This document shows, in pieces, positions 24,601-36,152 of a stretch of 64,000 nucleotides of DNA. Where the stretch lies: NCBI RefSeq assembly GCF_964204645.1, contig NC_134032.1, positions 15,550,275 through 15,614,274 on the forward strand, written 5' to 3'. The stretch's first letter is position 1; each line of letters begins with the position of its first letter. The position numbers and the translations under genes were made by a program. The notes below the pieces were generated by a model, which ran no database searches, was not told the origin of the DNA, and was given only the letters and a program-made list of their open reading frames with translations. The stretch comes from Tubulanus polymorphus (taxonomy: Eukaryota > Animalia > Nemertea).

Positions 24601-25021
24601 ATCAGCAATTCATACTTTGCCATTGGTTAATTTTAAGATATCTTCACTAGAAAGATTTTTATCCTGGATTCTGTCATTCAGTAGATTGCGTCAATCACGA
24701 GAGGTGCGGATCTGCACTTTTACCCGTGTAGTTCATTTCAAGGTCATGACGAATGTCGCCAGTTTTTAAAATTGTTTAACGTTTTTCATTGTTGTGTCGT
24801 TGCAGCCGACTTGTGAGCGTCGATCGCCTTGCGTAAAACATTATTTCGATTACGACGGTAAAACGACGGCGTTCGAATTCGAATGCTCGTGCGATAACGG
24901 CTTCCATTGTCCGACCAATCAGAAACTGGGAGACGCGTTTTTCACCGATATCGATTCGGACGAGAAATTCATGTACGGCTATTGCGAACGTAATAATAAC
25001 CGGAAGTACGTAGAAGTATAG
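12633..25021 (+). CDS. argos: Secreted Argos/giant-lens-like cysteine-rich protein (about 240 aa, 4 coding exons)
   Basis: Exons 12633-12749, 13298-13475, 24097-24308, 24806-25021, all GT-AG and phase-consistent (0,1,0). Signal peptide MSYVMYRKLLLLTLSAAYLLVCCATVVAG. 16 mature Cys arranged 6+4+6, with motifs CKC..C..DGYSL..QYKFC, FCRCPRD..YTC and CERRSPC..CSC..FHCP..YGYC matching recalled Drosophila Argos motifs (DGHTI..HYKMC, HCRCPRN, CQRKQPC..CQC..HRCP..SGYC). AATAAA at 25433. Family-level call only; orthology untested. Confidence 0.85.
12821..12909. mobile_element. 89-bp MITE in an Argos-like intron
   Basis: 18-bp TIR CAAGGGCTCGTATCAGAG / CTCTGATACGAGCCCTTG. Confidence 0.7.
13617..13815. 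mobile_element. MITE of the GGCCAGTT family (CAG TSD)
   Basis: AGGCCAGTT...AACTGGCCC flanked by CAG; internal ACTGGTCTTAAGTTGTTAGATTGG motif shared with 7030-7240 and 23750-24010. Confidence 0.6.
14379..22700 (-). CDS. Type I transmembrane receptor: signal peptide, 5 CUB domains, TM, tyrosine-repeat cytoplasmic tail (about 1061 aa, 21 exons), nested antisense in the Argos-like intron
   Basis: Phase-consistent GT-AG exons: 22700-22637 (signal MELMMKSLFVVAVILFVENSQ); CUB1 21876-21725, 21404-21305, 21182-21054; CUB2 20977-20850, 20494-20398, 20182-20057; CUB3 19976-19846, 18893-18806, 18629-18504; CUB4 18426-18293, 17838-17751, 17578-17450; CUB5 17373-17246, 16810-16720, 16641-16507; TM 16374-16243; tail 16054-16017, 15927-15376, 15281-14687, 14401-14379. 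If the last intron is not spliced, the stop is at 14682. No internal stops. CUB signature C..SGVI(T/S)SPNYP..Y..L.C.W.I..P..EISF..F..C.D.L.I..YCG..F.SD..GF.L.W is present 5 times. Confidence 0.88.
14687..15927 (-). CDS. Two cytoplasmic-tail exons built from 39/42-bp coding repeats (VRNPPED[T/D]Y[V/I]VAG/PD)
   Basis: Exon 15927-15376 (184 codons) and exon 15281-14687 are open in the frame set by the upstream exons; repeat-length variation is in multiples of 3. Confidence 0.85.
16243..16374 (-). CDS. Transmembrane exon of the CUB receptor
   Basis: DTDTDTSS-FVTVVIGIGFLFIVIVIAIATVLML-KQRRILRNRNT: 25 uncharged, mostly hydrophobic residues followed by a basic stop-transfer cluster. Confidence 0.88.
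19505..19810. mobile_element. GC-rich MITE-like insertion in a CUB-gene intron
   Basis: Imperfect TIR CCGGGCTTAGGTCGGCC / GGTCGACCTACGCCCGG, with internal GCGAC/GTCGC repeats. Confidence 0.55.
20745..20784 (-). ncRNA. Minimal hammerhead ribozyme remnant (same family as 8358-8399)
   Basis: Minus strand CAC-CTGACGA-T-GATC..GATC-GAAAC-GTT-GTG; stem I is only 3 bp. Confidence 0.55.
22111..22200 (+). mobile_element. tRNA-derived SINE head or tRNA pseudogene
   Basis: A-box TGGTATAGTGG and B-box GGTTCGAGGC at tRNA-like spacing; no intact cloverleaf. Confidence 0.5.
23750..24010. mobile_element. Two adjacent MITEs of the GGCCAGTT family
   Basis: GAGCCAGTTGCATAGTC...GACTATGCAACCAGCC flanked by CTG, followed by a second similar copy. 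Confidence 0.6.
24344..24454. ncRNA. Inverted pair of hammerhead-like motifs (Penelope pLTR-like remnant) in the last Argos-like intron
   Basis: Plus strand 24401-24454: ATTTGAGC-CTGATGA-TTAT-GGCTTA..TAAGCC-GAAAACGTC-GCTCAAAT (8-bp stem I). Minus strand 24382-24344: GC-CAGATGA-T-GGC..GCC-GAAACGTT-GC (core mutated). Confidence 0.6.
24519..24724. mobile_element. MITE with 26-bp TIRs and 8-bp TSD
   Basis: TIR GGTAAAAGTGCAGATCTGCACCTCTC / GAGAGGTGCGGATCTGCACTTTTACC; exact TSD CGTGTAGT at 24511-24518 and 24725-24732. Confidence 0.88.
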
Positions 25022-25095
25022 TGTAAACTGACACTCGCGCGCCGTCTATAGGCCGATCACCGAACTATGGTCGCCTATTTTGGTACGCTGCCATG

Positions 25096-25232
25096 GGCCA
25101 CCTTCGGTTATCGGAGTTAGTCGACTATAGTCGAACTAAGGGAAACCGAATGTCCGTTAGTCGGAACTATAGTCCGGGTATAGTTCGAAGATTAAGCGAT
25201 TAGTCGAGTAGACACGAAAACCGAATTTGGTC
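25096..25232. mobile_element. MITE family copy in the Argos-like 3' UTR (other copies ~25767-26242 and 37961-38109)
   Basis: GGCCA.CTTCGGTT ... AACCGAA.TTGG(C/T)C termini; shared AGTCGACTA and AGTTCGAC motifs across the three copies. Confidence 0.65.
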
Positions 25233-25893
25233 AACGTTTTGTTACTGGAAGTTCGTCGTTTATTGGCGTGGAAAAAAGACATTGGCGCCATCATATTGTA
25301 AGGATTTTATTTGGTATTGCGTTCACTGTCTCAAATATTAGTAATTTCTGATTGGGTTAAAATGAGAATCAGTATTGAGATAATCGGAGAGAGATGTAAT
25401 GGTGAAATTGACGAATTTAATGACAAGAAAAAAATAAACTCTTTTTTGCTATTCAAAATATGTCCATGTTGTTTCCTTGAGGTTTAACACTTCGAGTGTC
25501 AGTCACACAAATCTCCCAACGCTTCACCATGCGTATATAACCGTGTTATTTCAGTGTGAAATATTAATTATGCCCATCAACAATTATGGCAAGCGCGTGT
25601 TAAAAAGGGAGGATTGTCCAACAGCAAACCACGCCATTAAGCGTCCGCACACGAGCGAATTCTGCGTACGTGCAGTGGACACCCGTCTGCAGCAAACAAG
25701 TATTTCGCAAGTTGATATATGACGTCATGCGCATAAAGCGCCAGTAATGAAATCAACGCGTCGCGCGGCCAAATTCGGTTTTCGCATCTAGTCGACTAGT
25801 GGTCGCAACTAATGTGCTTGATTTTCGAACTATTTCCGGAATATAGTTCCGACATTCGGTTTCATTTAGTTCGACCTTAGTCTACTAACTCAG

Positions 25894-26229
25894 AGGCGCT
25901 TTACGAGCATCCGATCTTTGCGATCGATTTCGTGAACGATTTGCTCCGATCGTACGATCGAATCGAACGTTCGTAAAAATGACGATGGATTTGGCTAATC
26001 ACATGACATAAATATGGCGACGTTGAGGAAAAAAAATGTATGGTTTTGAACTACCCGGTGCCGCCATCTTGGAAATCAAATCGCTCGCCGAGCGAGTTGG
26101 TCGATTTCAAAAATCGATCGAAAAATCGTGTTCGTAAAAACGCCGATCGTGAAATCGATCGCAAAAATCGGTGCTCGTAAATGCGTTCCTACGATCGATC
26201 GCAAAAATCGGATGCTCGTAAAAACGCCT
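25894..26229. mobile_element. Foldback MITE nested inside another MITE (CAG TSD)
   Basis: TIR AGGCGCTTTACGAGCATCCGAT / ATCGGATGCTCGTAAAAACGCCT; removing it with one CAG restores ACTAACTCAGATAACCG of the host family. Confidence 0.75.
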
Positions 26230-27439
26230 CAGATAACCGAGGCTAGAGGGCGAAGACCGGCAACCAGTCTAACCAAATCCGTTTCCAACTGGCCTGAAAC
26301 CGCAAAGGATCTTCACTCACCGGCCAAGGGCTTCGAACTCACTAAGCTCAAGCCATTCCCCAGACTCAATGACACGAGGTGTCCGACCAATCAGCGCTCG
26401 TGTTGGGGGTTTGCGAAAGCGAGTTCGGTAAGCGATACGAACCCCTGGCAAGCGAGGATGACCCGTGAAGTGGAAACGGAATCTTTTGTCTACGTAGTCC
26501 GAACCCGCAGTTCGCCACCGATACACCGGAACCAGTCCATATGACATTGGATAGTTTGGACGTGGGACCGGAACAAACGACAGCAATAACCGAGGGTTGG
26601 GACTTACAGAAAACACGTGCAAACTCTTTTCATCGTTTTCTAAAACCTGTCCAAAGCTAAAACTTGAAACGGGTTTTTGCGATGGAAGAGTGGTTTGAAA
26701 GTGTTTAATTGAAATCAGAAAGTCTGCGGCTGGGAATCGCAGTGATTGAAACTCACCACGGATCCCACGATAAACAAACAACACGATAATACATATATTT
26801 ATTGATGTACATAAAATTGATACAAGAATTTCATCATCTGGTGGAATTATTCCAACAGGTTTAGCAGCATCACAGATTACTACAAATAATACATATATAA
26901 CATTTATACAAATAAATACAAACTCAGATACAACGATTCATCGGATTTCAACAAATATATAGAATTTTGTCCCAAGTAAGAAAATTTGATAAATTCCACA
27001 CTTCATAAAACGTACTATCGCTTATAACTAACCGATTTTCTGGTCCCGCAAAATTGATTAAGCCTATGGTCCAAAATAACTATCTATAACAACCACCTTT
27101 TAACTGTAAAGGTTTAGTTAGGTTAAAGGATAATTAGTACTTATTTATGTTAGGTTTAGAAGAAATCAAAAGGTGGCTGTAATTGATAGGATTGAAGACA
27201 CGTGGCGGATGATTAAAGACAAGAGGACATGAGAAGTTTTGGTTGAGGGGATGAGTTGAGGTGGGGAGGGGGATGACTTGAGGTGGGGAGGGGGATCAGT
27301 TGAGGTGGGGAGGGGGATCAGTTGAGGTGGGGAGAGGGAGAGGGGATAAATGCAAGATGGTTGAGTCATCACATATACAAATTGACACAATGGCAGTTTA
27401 ATAGAATATTCTCATTTCAATGTCATTTGCAGTGTGATA

Positions 27440-30400
27440 CCGATGAGTTCACCAGACAGCTTCTCACAGGGGGTAGATTCTGCAGAGCTTGGAGGATGTT
27501 GAGTTCACCAAACAGTGTCTCACTGGAGGTAGATCCTGCAGCACTTGGATGTTGAGTTCACCAGACAGTGTCTCACTGGGGGTAGATTCTGCAGCACTTG
27601 GATGTTGAGTTCACCAGACAGTGTCTCACTGGGGGTAGATTCTGCAGCACTTGGATGTTGAGTTCACCAGACAGTGTCTCACTGGGGGTAGATTCTGCAG
27701 CACTTGGATGTTGAGTTCACCAGACAGTGTCTCACTGGGGGTAGATTCTGCAGCACTTGGATGTTGAGTTCACCAGACAGTGTCTCACTGGGGGTAGATT
27801 CTGCAGCACTTGGATGTTGAGTTCACCAGACAGTGTCTCACTGGGAGTAGATTCTGCAGCACTTGGATGTTGAGTTCACCAGACAGCGTCTCACTGGGAG
27901 TAGATGATCTCAGCGTGAATGATAGAAAAATAATGAAAAGAAATACATGTTAGAATATATTCATACAGTAGACAGAGTAAGGTTTAACTGCTTTGTGGTA
28001 AAAACATGTGCTTCAAATCAGGAATTATTTGTTCCTGAATCTCTTGTGTCAAATGATACATGTATTTCAAAGTGTGACAGTCCAGCTCGCATGTTTGAGT
28101 TCATTTCCACGAAATACATTACATGATGAGGCTGCTATTTAGAATTGAATCACATAAAATACTCAATTATTTCACCAGCTGATTTGTCCATTAAAACCTA
28201 GGAATTTCGAATATATTTCTAAGATGCCAAATTCCTCGTCTAAGCTAAACTCGCCCCTAGTGGTTTATAAAGACGACCGACACCTCTTTCTTTCTTTCTT
28301 TCTTTCTGTTTACTCTTTTTTTGCGCCCGTGAATTATGCTTAAACATGTTCGAGGTGATTTTTTCAAACTGTTTTAAGGTGCGTCCCCGCAGACAACTGA
28401 GGCTAGGATAGAAATGTCCGTATCTCTTGATGCACATGACTACCTTATCGAGTAAGTGATCATACACACGATACTCCCAGAGTCCGCGGTTCAGTAAAGG
28501 AGCGTCCGATGCCCTCATGCTATCGTCCTCCCCGGGTGGCCTTTCGCCATCCCTGTCACCGAGCATATTCACTTTAAGGGCTACCACCCCCCTTACCGCC
28601 ACCACTATTTTTCTTCCCGCCGTCTCGCAAAGACAGAAACGAGTTTAACTCAGAAAAGGAAGAACCCGAATGGATTCAATTTGATTTATACGTGTGGTCA
28701 GGTTTGGGTTCGGATCCCGAGGCACCGAGCACAGTGTATTTCAATGTGACCATTTTGTCACCTTGCGTCGCTGATTCAGAATAAGTTGCCAAAGTGAGAT
28801 TAGAAATAAATCAGCGATTTAAATCATTTAGAAATCAACAAATAAAAAATCTGGATTTCATGAATCCAATGAAAACCAATTCTAGACTTCGTGATTGAAC
28901 AAATGAATTTTGACAGTTATTACATAAGAAAAAGGTTTAGAAATATTGAGCCATTTGACAACCACACATTGAATCATGTATTTAATCAGAAATCACTCAA
29001 AACAGTCAAAAGTTCTCATCGACAACTGGTCAAATTGTTATCTTTACTTCACATCTATAGAATTTGAGGTTTTCAAAATCAAGGAGAATTCAAACCTCTG
29101 AAAAAATTCATATCAGCAATTTTTAGGTGTAATTTATCATTGCTTACCTTCTGTAGCGCATGGATGTCAAATTTATCAGTCTCACACAGATCATCTCCTT
29201 GGATGTTGAGTTCACCAGACAGTGTCTCACTGGGGGTAGATTCTGCAGCACTTGGATGTTGAGTTTACCAGACAGTGTCTCACTGGGGGTAGATTCTGCA
29301 GCACTTGGATGTTGAGTTCACCAGACAGTTTCTCACTGGAGGTAGATCCTGCAGCACTTGGATGTTGAGTTCACCAGACAGTGTCTCACTGGGGGTAGAT
29401 TCTGCAGCACTTGGATGTTGAGTTCACCAGACAGTGTCTCACTGGGGGTAGATTCTGCAGCACTTGGATGTTGAGTTCACCAGACAGTGTCTCACTGGGG
29501 GTAGATTCTGCAGCACTTGGATGTTGAGTTCACCAGACAGTGTCTCACTGGGGGTAGATTCTGCAGCACTTGGATGTTGAGTTCACCAGACAGTGTCTCA
29601 CTGGGGGTAGATTCTGCAGCACTTGGATGTTGAGTTCACCAGACAGTGTCTCACTGGGGGTAGATTCTGCAGCACTTGGATGTTGAGTTCACCAGACAGT
29701 GTCTCACTGGGGGTAGATTCTGCAGCACTTGGATGTTGAGTTCACCAGACAGTGTCTCACTGGGAGTAGATTCTGCAGCACTTGGATGTTGAGTTCACCA
29801 GACAGCGTCTCACTGGGAGTAGATGATCTCAGCGTGAATGATAGAAAAATAATGAAAAGAAATACATGTTAGAATATATTCATACAGTAGACAGAGTAAG
29901 GTTTAACTGCTTTGTGGTAAAAACATGTGCTTCAAATCAGGAATTATTTGTTCCTGAATCTCTTGTGTCAAATGATACATGTATTTCAAAGTGTGACAGT
30001 CCAGCTCGCATGTTTGAGTTCATTTCCACGAAATACATTACATGATGAGGCTGCTATTTAGAATTGAATCACATAAAATACTCAATTATTTCACCAGCTG
30101 ATTTGTCCATTAAAACCTAGGAATTTCGAATATATTTCTAAGATGCCAAATTCCTCGTCTAAGCTAAACTCGCCCCTAGTGGTTTATAAAGACGACCGAC
30201 ACCTCTTTCTTTCTTTCTTTCTTTCTGTTTACTCTTTTTTTGCGCCCGTGAATTATGCTTAAACATGTTCGAGGTGATTTTTTCAAACTGTTTTAAGGTG
30301 CGTCCCCGCAGACAACTGAGGCTAGGATAGAAATGTCCGTATCTCTTGATGCACATGACTACCTTATCGAGTAAGTGATCATACACACGATACTCCCAGA

Positions 30401-31335
30401 GTCCGCGGTTCAGTAAAGGAGCGTCCGATGCCCTCATGCTATCGTCCTCCCCGGGTGGCCTTTCGCCATCCCTGTCACCGAGCATATTCACTTTAAGGGC
30501 TACCACCCCCCTTACCGCCACCACTATTTTTCTTCCCGCCGTCTCGCAAAGACAGAAACGAGTTTAACTCAGAAAAGGAAGAACCCGAATGGATTCAATT
30601 TGATTTATACGTGTGGTCAGGTTTGGGTTCGGATCCCGAGGCACCGAGCACAGTGTATTTCAATGTGACCATTTTGTCACCTTGCGTCGCTGATTCAGAA
30701 TAAGTTGCCAAAGTGAGATTAGAAATAAATCAGCGATTTAAATCATTTAGAAATCAACAAATAAAAAATCTGGATTTCATGAATCCAATGAAAACCAATT
30801 CTAGACTTCGTGATTGAACAAATGAATTTTGACAGTTATTACATAAGAAAAAGGTTTAGAAATATTGAGCCATTTGACAACCACACATTGAATCATGTAT
30901 TTAATCAGAAATCACTCAAAACAGTCAAAAGTTCTCATCGACAACTGGTCAAATTGTTATCTTTACTTCACATCTATAGAATTTGAGGTTTTCAAAATCA
31001 AGGAGAATTCAAACCTCTGAAAAAATTCATATCAGCAATTTTTAGGTGTAATTTATCATTGCTTACCTTCTGTAGCGCATGGATGTCAAATTTATCAGTC
31101 TCACACAGATCATCTCCTTGGATGTTGAGTTCACCAGACAGTGTCTCACTGGGGGTAGATTCTGCAGCACTTGGATGTTGAGTTTACCAGACAGTGTCTC
31201 ACTGGGGGTAGATTCTGCAGCACTTGGATGTTGAGTTCACCAGACAGTTTCTCACTGGGAGTAGATTCTGCAACACTTGGATGTTGAGTTCACCAGACAG
31301 TGTCTCACTGGGGGTAGATTCTGCAGCACTTGGAT
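27440..31335. repeat. 1919-bp near-identical tandem duplication plus three blocks of a 53-bp minisatellite
   Basis: Unique segment ~27897-29198 is repeated at ~29816-31117 (identical ORFs at 28240 and 30159). The 53-bp unit TTGGATGTTGAGTTCACCAGACAGTGTCTCACTGGGGGTAGATTCTGCAGCAC occurs at ~27445-27903, 29199-29822 and 31118-31335. Confidence 0.95.
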
Positions 31336-31629
31336 AGTTTAACCCTGGGCTGAAGGCTGTAAAGGTAAAATTCCACGATTGAAATATCTAGTAAATCTCA
31401 TGATTTTATCCAATTTCACCGCATACATGCTCACCAGATCTGGAGTCAGCTTATAGGTCTTGGCTGTGGATTAGCGCTTAGTTCAGGCAATATCAACAAC
31501 TGAAATGTGAAAACAGACATTGCTTATATTCCAATTATTTCTCAAGATTTAAAGATGATTTCTATCCTGCACTCATGCTGAGTCAAAAAACATTTTTACA
31601 TTAGACACTCGTGAGACTCACGAGTGGCT

Positions 31630-34600
31630 AATGTAAAAATGTTTTATGACACAGTCTGATTTATGTCAGATTGTAACTGTAGAAGTTTCACTCATTGTTT
31701 CAGTTTAATAGAGATATAACTGATGTACATGTAACATTGACTGTGTAACACTGCTGTCATTTATTCACTTATTCCTCCTCAGTTGGAAGAATGTTTGTTC
31801 TCTCATCTTCATTAGCGATAAGAATCATTCTCATCCGTGCAACTACAACATTGTAACATTTCTACTTATTCACTCATAGAAGGAATGAGTATTATGGCGT
31901 TTGGGTATGGAATGGGGTAGGGCATGGTGTGATTGACATGTTAGTGGAGGATAGGACATTGTGGTAAGGTCAGGTCAGGTTGGATGATGCTGGGTTGTTT
32001 GATGTGGTTGGATTCGATGATGAGTTTAATATAGAACTGGTCGAGGTTGATGTATGTGGTAGTGTACGATGTATAGTTAGGGAGGTGTATGATGATGGAT
32101 TGAAAGGTTGCTGGTAGAGGGCGGTACCATTGTGATGCCGATATAGTTTATGTAGGGTAGGGGCTGGTGTACAGGGTTAAGGATAGGGTAAGGCATGGTC
32201 GGAGTGATGGGAGAGGAAAAGTGTGGGTAATGTGAGGAAGGGTATTTTGGTGTTGTTGAGGTGAGGATGATTTTGTTCAGATATCTGCACAGATGTTGGG
32301 GTGGGGCTAGGACAGTTGAGGTACGATGAGTGATAGTAGTGCCTCCCTTTAGACATCTCAATGTCTCTAATCCTTTCAAATCAATCCCTTATACCTTACA
32401 GCTATTCACATTTCGAATTTTCCATCATTACCGCGTAAGATAATAATTACTGGCTTTCGATTGAAAACAGCCAGATTTTCACGATTTACCCGAGGATGAA
32501 AATATATCGACATCTACTTTGACACATTTCATTATAGATAGCATCATCGGATAGGATTGGATTGTACATTCATGAGTAGTGGAAGGAGCTATGGATGTGA
32601 TGTCTAAGGCCTATAATGAACTACTAGTTGAAAAGTAGTCGAGGATGTAAATACCACCAGAATCAGATGATCTGGAATAAGCTATGAATGTGATTCATTT
32701 GAGATAAAATCTATAGGAAGAACAGACATAAAGAATTATAGACTAAAATCAATCAGATGATCTCAAACTAAAGCTAAAACAAGTTAGATATTTTAGTCCT
32801 ATCTCTCCATGCCTCCCGTTCACTCAAACTACTCCTCCATTCCATGAAATACTAGGAGACGATACCTGGAAGATATTGAACATTAAGACACCATCAAAAC
32901 AATGATAAATCAGTAACAGTATTTTGAATGTGTGTCACATTTTAACAAGTGAATGATTCATGAAGCAAATGACAACAAATCTTCAGGGATGGGTTTCATA
33001 GTTGTGGAACAGTAAAATAGTCCCTGGGAAAATTTTGAAATTATTCAGTTATAACCATGGTTTTAACTTTGATTCTCAGTCAATAACACTGGGCCCAAAT
33101 CTCAGATAGAATAGTTTTTACCCTACTACCAGCTTGGAAACAGCAAACCGTCGAGAAATAGACTCTGAACCCACAATAAATTCAGTTTGTAAATTCAAGG
33201 TTTACTGTAAAAATATTTCTTATATTTATCACTAAACACCCAGTGGTACTTGAAACTCACCGCCTCCTCTCTCTCACACTATCTTTCTCCCACACTAGCC
33301 ATTTTTTGTGAACATTTTTAAGCACATGAGGTAGGTATAGACCACTGCCCGCTCTCTAGGCCAGCAGGGGACTTTCCTCTGGACCCCACTTTTGTGCTTG
33401 GTGGCTTTAAGCTCACCTTTTCTTGAGTCGAGGTAGGAATAGACCACTGCCTACCCGCTAGGCAGACAGTGGACTAAACCTTCGAATTGCTCTCGGACCC
33501 CACTCTTTATATATTTTTTTCTTTTCTTTTTGAGTCGAGGTAGGAATAGACCACTGGACTAAACCCCCCACTCTTCATGTTCTTCATTTTCTTTCTTTTT
33601 CTTATGGCTATCTCTCCTGGCTATGTACCAGTACCACCCAGCAGTAAGTGTATATATAGGAAATATAGTAATTGAACTGGGTTTAAATCCATCTCAATCA
33701 GTGCTTTTAAAACCAGTAGTAGGGCAACAGTTTACTATAGTCAATCAGAATCATATCACTGCTCATTGTTAAATCATGTGTGCCATTTGTTCCATGAAAC
33801 AAGTTTCAATTCCTCAATGAATCGATGAATTCAATCTTCAATTGCATCATTCTCGATGTATCTCATGAAGAGATTTTGGAATAGCTAGCGCGGGAAGGAG
33901 GTCGAGAAGGTAAGGCTAGGTACGATACTGAAACCTGGCAGGAACCTAAATAATGTTTTTGTTTACCCTTGTATCGTATCCATCTACGGAGATGTAACGA
34001 TTAAGAGGTGACATTGAAATAACGCGCACTCACCGGGGATCAAACCCAGGTCTCGTTCATAGAAAGCAAACGTGCTAACCAGTAGATCAATAGTCCACTT
34101 GACCAGTGTTTTTATATCTAATTTGTCTTATACACATAACACGGTTACTTCGAAGCGCAACAGAACTGCTGAATATGCATATATTTTCTAATAAGACCTG
34201 TGCAGTCAACAGGACAGGCTGTCTATACGGGCTTAGAAACATTTAAATATCGAAATTTGAAATATGTGTCTGCTTAAGAAAATACAAATACAAGTGAGTA
34301 TTTTCAGTATACATGTATTTTGAGTGAAACCAATTTCAAAAATACCAATCACTCAAAATGATAGGCTATTCCACACGCGCTTGTATTGAATAAAATACCT
34401 GTGTCACTCCAACTCGAACTCCAAATCCAACTCCAACTACTCATGAACTTTAAATAGATGAATCTTTATAGCTATTTATTTCAGAAATGTGTCCCTGTAA
34501 TTTGTCTCAATTTTCTCATCTTGTCAACAATAGCTTTCGTCAGAATCTATTGAAAAGCCAAAATCGCTGGCTCCAACTTGTGAAATCCTTTAATACCCAA

Positions 34601-36152
34601 ATATCTCACTTAGTTTATCAAAAAGGTAACAATAGTCGAAAATGTTACGTGTGATATTGTAAATAATGCATCAAACGACCTGTGATACAACAAGCACCAG
34701 GCTATAGACTCAACAGCACCAGGCTATAGACTCAGTATATAAACTCACAGGACCGGCAGGATTGGTCAGACGATCTTCGCTCATTAAGTTCTGTATTTGA
34801 ATCGATTTCAAAAATATCCAAAAACGATGTAAAAAACCGTCAAAGTGATGACAAACTATCGGGTCGATAATCAACATAATAAACCTGTTCATTGCACCAT
34901 CTGGTGATGTTTAACAAAATCAATCAATCATCTCAATTTTCAATGTCAAATGAAGCTGTTTGTTACAGATATAAATTGATTTCATATTTGCTTTGCTGAA
35001 CTGTATTTTACACTCTTGGTTTTTTGCGTCTCTGCGCATCAAATCTATCAGTCGTTACTTGGCTAAATTATGAGCTTTCAAAATTCAGTTCCACTTTGCA
35101 GGATGGTCTGCCGAGTGACCAATAGTAAAAATAATAGATCCACCAGACCGAAGCACGTGCCCTAAATCCCATTAGCTGCCAACATAAACCTTGTCCTGTC
35201 CTACCACCACCTGTGCCATCACATCCAGACAAATCAGAAATAGATTCACTGTCCACAGTGACAGCTTCAACGTCTGAGCTTACATCGTCAGTGAAGTCCT
35301 TTCAACCAATCATCAGAATTCTACCAAATTCACCCAAATTTCAAAACTAAGGGTCCATGGACACCATGCCAACTGTGAAATTCTTGACAATCTGACAATT
35401 CAATATCATACGCATTATGAAAAATTTAAAACTTTCTCAAATAACTGTATTCCGTTTGCAGACAGATTGACAACGGATGAAAAGTGAACGCAACAGCCCG
35501 CTGGGACTTAAAGCCCAAGTGGACTGAAATACCCTTTCCCACATTAACCACACTTTTTCTCTACCATCACTCCGACCATGCCTTACTCCTTAACCCTGTA
35601 CACCAGCCCCTACCCTACATAAACCAAACCAGCATCACTATGGTACCGCCCTCTACCAGCAACCTTTCAATCCGTTATCATCATACACCCTCCTGAACAT
35701 ACACACCGTACACTACCACATACACCACTTACCCCCAAACAGTTCTATATTAAACTCATCATCTTATACAACCACATCAAATAACCCAGCATCGTCCAAC
35801 TGACCTTACTGTATCACATTACCCTATCCTACCCTAACTGTCAACTACACCATACCCTGCCCCATTCCATACCCAAACCTCATACTACACATTCCCTCTA
35901 GGATTAGATAAGTAGAAATGTTACGAGCTATAGTTACACGGATGGCAATGATTCTTATTGCTTATGAAGATGAAAGAACAAACATTCCTTCCAATTGAGG
36001 AGGAATAAGTTAACAAATGACTGCAGTGTTACACAGTCAATGTTACATGTACATCAGTTATATTTCAATTAGACTGAAACAATGAGTGAAACTTCTACAG
36101 TAACAATCTGACACAAATCAGATTGTGTCGTAGGCCTAAAACATTTTTACAA
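31630..36152. repeat. Two diverged ~600-bp copies in inverted orientation (31630-32235 and 35540-36152)
   Basis: TGATGTACATGTAACATTGACTGTGTAACACTGC at ~31721 is the reverse complement of ~36022-36056; the shared pseudo-ORF text LNPVHQPLPYIN..MVPPSTSNLSI appears on opposite strands. Confidence 0.85.
34026..34097 (-). pseudogene. tRNA-like sequence (SINE head or tRNA pseudogene)
   Basis: Minus strand GGACTATTGATCTACTGGTTAGCACG...CCTGGGTTTGATCCCCGG with degenerate A/B boxes and poorly paired stems. Confidence 0.45.

Noticed and set aside
28240-28605. Duplicated 121-aa ORF, or a possible RNase MRP/7SK-like RNA
   Set aside because: No recognisable protein motif or splice context, and the diagnostic ncRNA motifs do not match; the (GAAA)n tail suggests a retroposon fragment.
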